Origin: Leucoraja erinacea
Lineage: Eukaryota
DNA: 64,000 nt
Direction: 5' to 3'
Assembly: GCF_028641065.1 (NCBI RefSeq)
Contig: NC_073414.1
Span: forward strand, 5,828,001-5,892,000
Shown here: piece by piece, positions 61,001-64,000 of the stretch
Layout of the letters: each line of letters begins with the position of its first letter
Numbering within the stretch: position 1 is the first letter of the stretch
Notes under the pieces: model-generated
Seen by the model: the letters and a program-made list of their open reading frames with translations, nothing else
Databases searched by the model: none
Told to the model about the DNA's origin: nothing
Translations under genes and position numbers: made by a program

Positions 61001-63314
61001 GGTTTACTGTTGTTACATGTACCAAGCACAGTGAACAGTTTTGGTCATTGTCCCCATTTCGATAACCTGCTAAATTTACAGATAAAATCTGGTTTTGGAT
61101 AATCTAATTTGCAAGAATTTTAAGAAATGAAGTTTTGTAAACATGCAGTGTTTCCATTTATTTTTTTTAGCTGTTGCTAAAATTTGAGATCTGTTTAAGC
61201 TAATAAGTTGTTGCAATGGACTGCATAAGCCATAAACTTTTCCTATTCTTTAGGGGATATTTCCAGCCTTCACAGTCGTCCAGCCACTCCACTCAAAGAA
61301 AGGTGAGTCCAATCCAATGTTTGGTTATGTTGCATTATCATTACAATACGCTTCATTAAACCTCATTTATCATTACAATAGACAATAGGTGCAGGAGTAG
61401 GCCATTTGGCCCTTATAGCCAGCACCGCCATTCAATGTGATTAGTTAAGATACTCATTGTACCTCAAACACCAATACTGACCTTTATCCTATGGGCTCAA
61501 CTGGCTTCTTAATGGTTTTGTTATTCTTAGGCATTTGAGTCCTCTGTATTCTGTCAAGCTCGTAAGAAGGCAATATTACACAACATGAGAGAACGTGAGT
61601 CCCGTAGGATGATGGAAAATCGCTTTAAAATACTAAAGAACAAGCTTTTTGATGACCGGCAAATTGCATCAAAGGGTACAATCCTTGATGAGGTTTGTGA
61701 ATAATTTGATTAATGTTCACAGAGTAAGGAGTGGTGAGATTTTTTCCCCCCCATTTTTTAGCTGTTTTCACCGTACCTTTCTTGCATACATTGATCTTCT
61801 AAGGCAGTGATTCTTAACCTTGGGGTTGGGACACCCACGGGGGGTCATTTGGGGCTTTACCGAGGGACATGAAGGGGTTATAAATAACATATCCATTTGT
61901 TGAGCCCATTTTTAGGAACCTAACAAAGGTACATACCACATACAGTATTTTGTTTGTGTATGCGCGTACGTATGCCAAAATGGTTAAGAAACACTGTTCT
62001 AAGGGGTAGAAACATAGAAATTAGGTGCAGGAGTAGGCCATTCGGCCCTTCGAGCCTGCACCGCCATTCAATATGATCATGACTGATCATCCAACTCGGT
62101 ATCCCGTACCTGCCATGTCTCCATACCCTCTGATCCCCTTGGCCACAAGGGCCACATCTAACTCCCTCTTAAATATAGCCAATGAACTGGCCTCAACTAC
62201 CCTCTGTGGCAGAGAGTTCCAGAGATTCACCACTCTCTGTGTGAAAAAAAGTTCTTCTCATCTTGGTTTTAAAGGATTTCCCCCTTATCCTTAAGCTGTG
62301 ATCCCTTGTCAGATATCTTTGACAATTAAGAGATCTTTCTGGTGTCATTTAGTGCAGTCATAAGATTATTTATTAAATTAAACAGATCCCATTTCTGGCT
62401 GCAAATCATTTATTTGACTTGCCTGCTGGCATTTTAATCGCAGAGCAAGTAAGTCACACCACAAATACAACTCCTGTTAATACAAAATGATGTTTATTCA
62501 AAAATAACTCGTATTATAAAGATATTTATGCAATACAGTTTTGGTCGACCTTAGATTTAGAATAAATGTTTAAGAATGAACTGCAGATGCTGGAAAATCA
62601 AAGGTAGACGAAAATGCTGGAGAAACTCAGCGGGTGAGGCTGCATCTCTGGAGCGAAGGAAATAGGCAACGTTTTGGATTGAGACCCTTCTTCAGACTGA
62701 TGTGGGGGGGGTGGGGCGGGAAGAAGAAAGGAAGAGGCGGAGACAGTGGGCTGATGTATGGAGCGAAGGTATGCCTACTTTGAAGAAGTTCTCCTACTGT
62801 CAGCCCACTGTCTCTGCCTCTTCCTTCCTTCTTCCCTCCCCCCACCCTCACTTCAGTCTGAAGAAGGGTCTCGACCCAAAACGTTGCCTATTTCCTTCGC
62901 TCCATAGATGCTGCCTCACCCGCTGAGTTTCTCCAGCATTTTTGTCTACCTTTGATTTAGAATAGATAGCAATGGGATTGAGAAGAATAGCAAGTGGTCA
63001 GGCATTGGAATGGTTTGGCAACCACTGGACTGGAGAGAAAATCCAAATGTATCCTGTGCCACATCCAGCATCTAAGTCTGCACAAACCTTTTTGAAGTTA
63101 ATGTTGTGGATAAAAAAATGTATGAAGTCATTTGCAAAATTCTCCCAAATGTTAAATTGGACATTATTTTTGGTATTTCATGTTTTTGCTTGTGGTCTAC
63201 AGGCTGTTGATGTAATCACTAACTTGGATAGACAGTCTACAAATCTAACAATGGAGAAGCAACTACTTCTGGGGAAACAAAAGATCTTGTTGGAAAAGAT
63301 TTCCCTTTTATCTG
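36332..63314 (+). CDS. MGA-like (MAX gene-associated) T-box plus bHLH-Zip transcription factor, divergent paralog, 3'-incomplete; exons 36332-37012, 38919-39162, 40062-40166, 41542-41697, 43211-43336, 44784-45238, 45604-45718, 47573-47957 (frameshift), 49331-49478, 50532-50828, 52414-52638, 53748-54568, 56453-56556, 61254-61302, 61531-61692, 63203-63314
   Basis: The T-box is in a single exon, an MGA trait. MGA-type motifs occur in the expected order: LHPVLQKSGIKL..LNLKHLG, PFISRTGKTNDLTKIKGW, SAFVSDLLDEYLEKEGKI, VEIISYCAWNESRVKII, LMLRPVKSADGRQLYKHSSGKVFQL, then bHLH HNMRERESRRMM..F..LK..SKGTILDEA and zipper ..EKISLLSG. Every junction is GT-AG and phase-matched except for a 1-nt discrepancy inside 47573-47957. 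Confidence 0.88.
38919..39162 (+). CDS. MGA-like exon
   Basis: Acceptor tttttgctcacAG, open frame DGVNSRKARKR..SFE, donor G|GTCAGT. Phases 0 and 1. Confidence 0.75.
40062..40166 (+). CDS. MGA-like exon
   Basis: Encodes DSQDRIAEIENLEQKLRDELIWNGSHEILHPVLQK (MGA IHPGLQE-like). Phases 1 and 1. Confidence 0.8.
40383..40682 (+). mobile_element. tRNA-derived HE1-like SINE, near full length
   Basis: A box ggtggcacagctgtag, B box gggttccatcc, 3' tail (aacta)n. Confidence 0.8.
41542..41697 (+). CDS. MGA-like exon
   Basis: Encodes GIKLSGLQITEWLNLKHLGHAL (MGA GLKL..IDLKYLG-like). Donor G|GTAAGT. Confidence 0.8.
43211..43336 (+). CDS. MGA-like exon
   Basis: Encodes IPFISRTGKTNDLTKIKGWKNKF, a highly conserved MGA motif. 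Donor A|GTAAGC. Confidence 0.9.
44784..45238 (+). CDS. MGA-like exon
   Basis: Encodes RSAFVSDLLDEYLEKEGKII and a basic GKKRRKK NLS-like segment. Donor AAG|GTGAGC. Confidence 0.9.
45604..45718 (+). CDS. MGA-like exon
   Basis: Long polypyrimidine tract plus AAG. Encodes KQMKPNPANLNVVHVSSRTKGGKKSSISESQNEATYVP. Donor G|GTGAGG. Bridges phase 0 to phase 1. Confidence 0.75.
47573..47957 (+). CDS. MGA-like exon containing an apparent 1-nt frameshift
   Basis: The 5' half (VEIISYCAWNESRVKII) is in the frame of ORF 47617, and the 3' half up to donor AAG|GTGAGA is in the frame of ORF 47775. Confidence 0.75.
48211..48493 (-). mobile_element. HE1-like SINE, partial
   Basis: Reverse-complement similarity to 40383-40682, with a (tttag)n tail at the left end. 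Confidence 0.75.
49331..49478 (+). CDS. MGA-like exon
   Basis: Acceptor ttttAG, ASKNNSNQPPVEQISSP..NSVT, donor A|GTAAGT. Confidence 0.75.
50532..50828 (+). CDS. MGA-like exon (S/T-rich)
   Basis: Acceptor cttttctgcAG(cag)(aag), in frame with ORF 50558. Donor G|GTAGGC. Confidence 0.75.
51454..51588 (-). mobile_element. Short retroposon 3' end with (AAG)n tail and 12-bp target-site duplication
   Basis: Flanked by CAGCCCTGCTAT (51442-51453) and CAGCCCTTCTAT (51589-51600). Confidence 0.65.
52414..52638 (+). CDS. MGA-like exon
   Basis: Encodes LMLRPVKSADGRQLYKHSSGKVFQLV (MGA LQPVRS..G..LFRHPNGQIVQL-like). Donor G|GTATGT. Not in the ORF track. Confidence 0.85.
53748..54568 (+). CDS. MGA-like large acidic exon
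   Basis: ORF 53717-54586, acceptor attccAG, donor GAG|GTATGT. Contains LKME and VKEE SUMO-type motifs. Confidence 0.85.
54944..55366 (-). mobile_element. Rex1/Babar LINE 3' fragment with internal (CA)n
   Basis: Peptide IIGSDLPTVEGIYRSRCLKKAANIIKDPHHPGH..LPSGRRYRSL..RFRSSFFPTAIRLLN. Tail (cttga)n. Confidence 0.85.
56247..56432. mobile_element. Penelope-derived fold-back (inverted pLTR-like) insertion with 15-bp TSD
   Basis: Arms of ~75 bp are reverse-complementary around tttcgg-c-ccgaaa. Flanked by AGTTATTCTTTCCCT at 56232-56246 and 56433-56447. Confidence 0.8.
56453..56556 (+). CDS. MGA-like exon
   Basis: Acceptor tctttcccttgcAG, THSNSRSRVGFGNLMSK..VPH(R), donor AG|GTCAGT. Phases 0 and 2. 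Confidence 0.7.
58600..58795 (+). mobile_element. Penelope-like GIY-YIG remnant (target of pogo insertion)
   Basis: ttccaggtgagacaaaga..tgcacctcatctaacctc (FQVRQR.TCTSSNL) and agacttggtgaccgtttcgttaaacacttgcgctcggtc (RLGDRF..HLRSV). Confidence 0.7.
59082..60365 (+). pseudogene. pogo transposase (Brinker-type DBD, CENP-B HTH, DDE_1) with single in-frame TAG at 59439-59441
   Basis: Motifs KRLSYTIGYKLKVI..GNRAAERRFG, KWPELEEE..W, SSWC*RFMKRNGLSMR, GNMDE, VWDQFRAH and QLQPLDVSINKPFK. There are 35 residues between the second and third D, and an acidic tail. ORFs 59067 and 59448 are in the same frame. Confidence 0.9.
60487..60609 (+). repeat. ~25-bp tandem repeat (~4.5 copies) in transposon 3' region
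   Basis: Unit approximately gaatggaaatggccgccaccatggt. Confidence 0.9.
61254..61302 (+). CDS. MGA-like small exon
   Basis: Acceptor ttcctattctttAG, GYFQPSQSSSHSTQRK, donor AAG|GTGAGT. Phases 2 and 0. Confidence 0.7.
61531..61692 (+). CDS. MGA-like exon: basic region, helix 1, loop and start of helix 2
   Basis: Encodes AFESSVFCQARKKAILHNMRERESRRMMENRFKILKNKLFDDRQIASKGTILDE. Not in the ORF track. Confidence 0.88.
61805..61996. mobile_element. hAT (Charlie-like) MITE
   Basis: TIRs CAGTGATTCTTAACC and GGTTAAGAAACACTG, with 8-bp TSD TTCTAAGG at 61797-61804 and 61997-62004. Confidence 0.85.
62008..62310 (-). mobile_element. CR1-type LINE 3' end
   Basis: Near-identical to 3055-3357. Confidence 0.9.
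62565..62953. mobile_element. Penelope-derived inverted-repeat insertion with 11-bp TSD
   Basis: The left arm ~62600-62752 is reverse-complementary to the right arm ~62800-62953. GATTTAGAATA occurs at 62554-62564 and 62954-62964. Confidence 0.8.
63203..63314 (+). CDS. MGA-like exon: helix 2 and leucine zipper
   Basis: Encodes AVDVITNLDRQSTNLTMEKQLLLGKQKILLEKISLLSG, with heptad leucines. Donor G|GTAAGA, so the gene continues past the window. Confidence 0.88.
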
Positions 63315-64000
63315 GTAAGATCATTTATGTTAAGCGCTGAGAAATATTCTACTGACAGAATGATTTGAAATGTGCTATTGATTTCCATTTAAACATAAAG
63401 TTCATTGAAGACTTGAGAGGGTGGATTCTGGGAGACTCCTTCCCATATGTGAGCTAAGGATCATGAGTCTGTAGCAGTGTGCTGACCCGAATCGTCACCT
63501 GCCCATGTTCTCCAGGGATGCTGCCTGACCCGCTGAGTTACTCCACTTTGTTTCTACTTTTGGCATAAACCTGCATCTGCAGTTCCTTGTATCGAAGGAT
63601 CATGCAGTTGGATTAAGAGGATAGTTGTGTCTTCACAATTTTGACACCATGAGAATCAAGTGACAGGGTGGAAAGGAGGAATGGAAATTTTCGTTCAGAC
63701 ATGATCTGACTGAATCCTGAAGTAGTCCTGATAGGGTTTCAGACCTGCTCCTGTTCCTACTTATTTCTTCCCTCAATGGGGATAGTAGTCCTATGGCAGG
63801 GATCGAGATAGGTTTAACCTTAAAACTGCTGGCAGCAGAATTGTCCCGAGATTAAATGGCGATTCGGTTATAACGAGAGCAATGGGGGAAATTAGTAAAG
63901 GAACCAAAGAGAGGAGATGGTTTAACAAATTGAAATACAGTGTCTGAAAGTGGTGGAAGCAAAATTATTGAAAGTAAATAAGAACTTGAAGGAAATAATG

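Overview
Vertebrate, intron-rich genomic DNA. The repeat set (HE1-like tRNA SINEs, CR1 and Rex1/Babar LINEs, Penelope-derived fold-back repeats) points to a cartilaginous fish, probably a skate or ray (inference). Three spliced genes can be reconstructed by hand on the + strand, all with phase-consistent GT-AG junctions. (1) The last three exons of a galectin CRD (1-6462) with an atypical HIDQR sugar-binding motif. (2) A complete 4-exon THAP5/THAP8-subfamily zinc-finger gene (10661-28699, ~503 aa) with an EHSY HCF-1-binding motif and a coiled coil. (3) A compact, strongly diverged MGA-like gene (36332 to beyond 63314). It has a single-exon T-box, several MGA-specific linear motifs and a bHLH-Zip, but no recognisable Cys-rich DUF4801 block. 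Its DNA-contact residues are altered in both DNA-binding domains, and it carries one apparent frameshift. Adjacency to a THAP8-like gene suggests it is a 2R ohnolog of MGA lost in mammals. A nearly intact DD35D pogo (Passer-type) transposase with one nonsense codon lies in an intron of this gene. Many Penelope-derived short repeats carry minimal hammerhead-ribozyme-like cores. All calls come from reading the sequence and from recalled family motifs; no searches were run.
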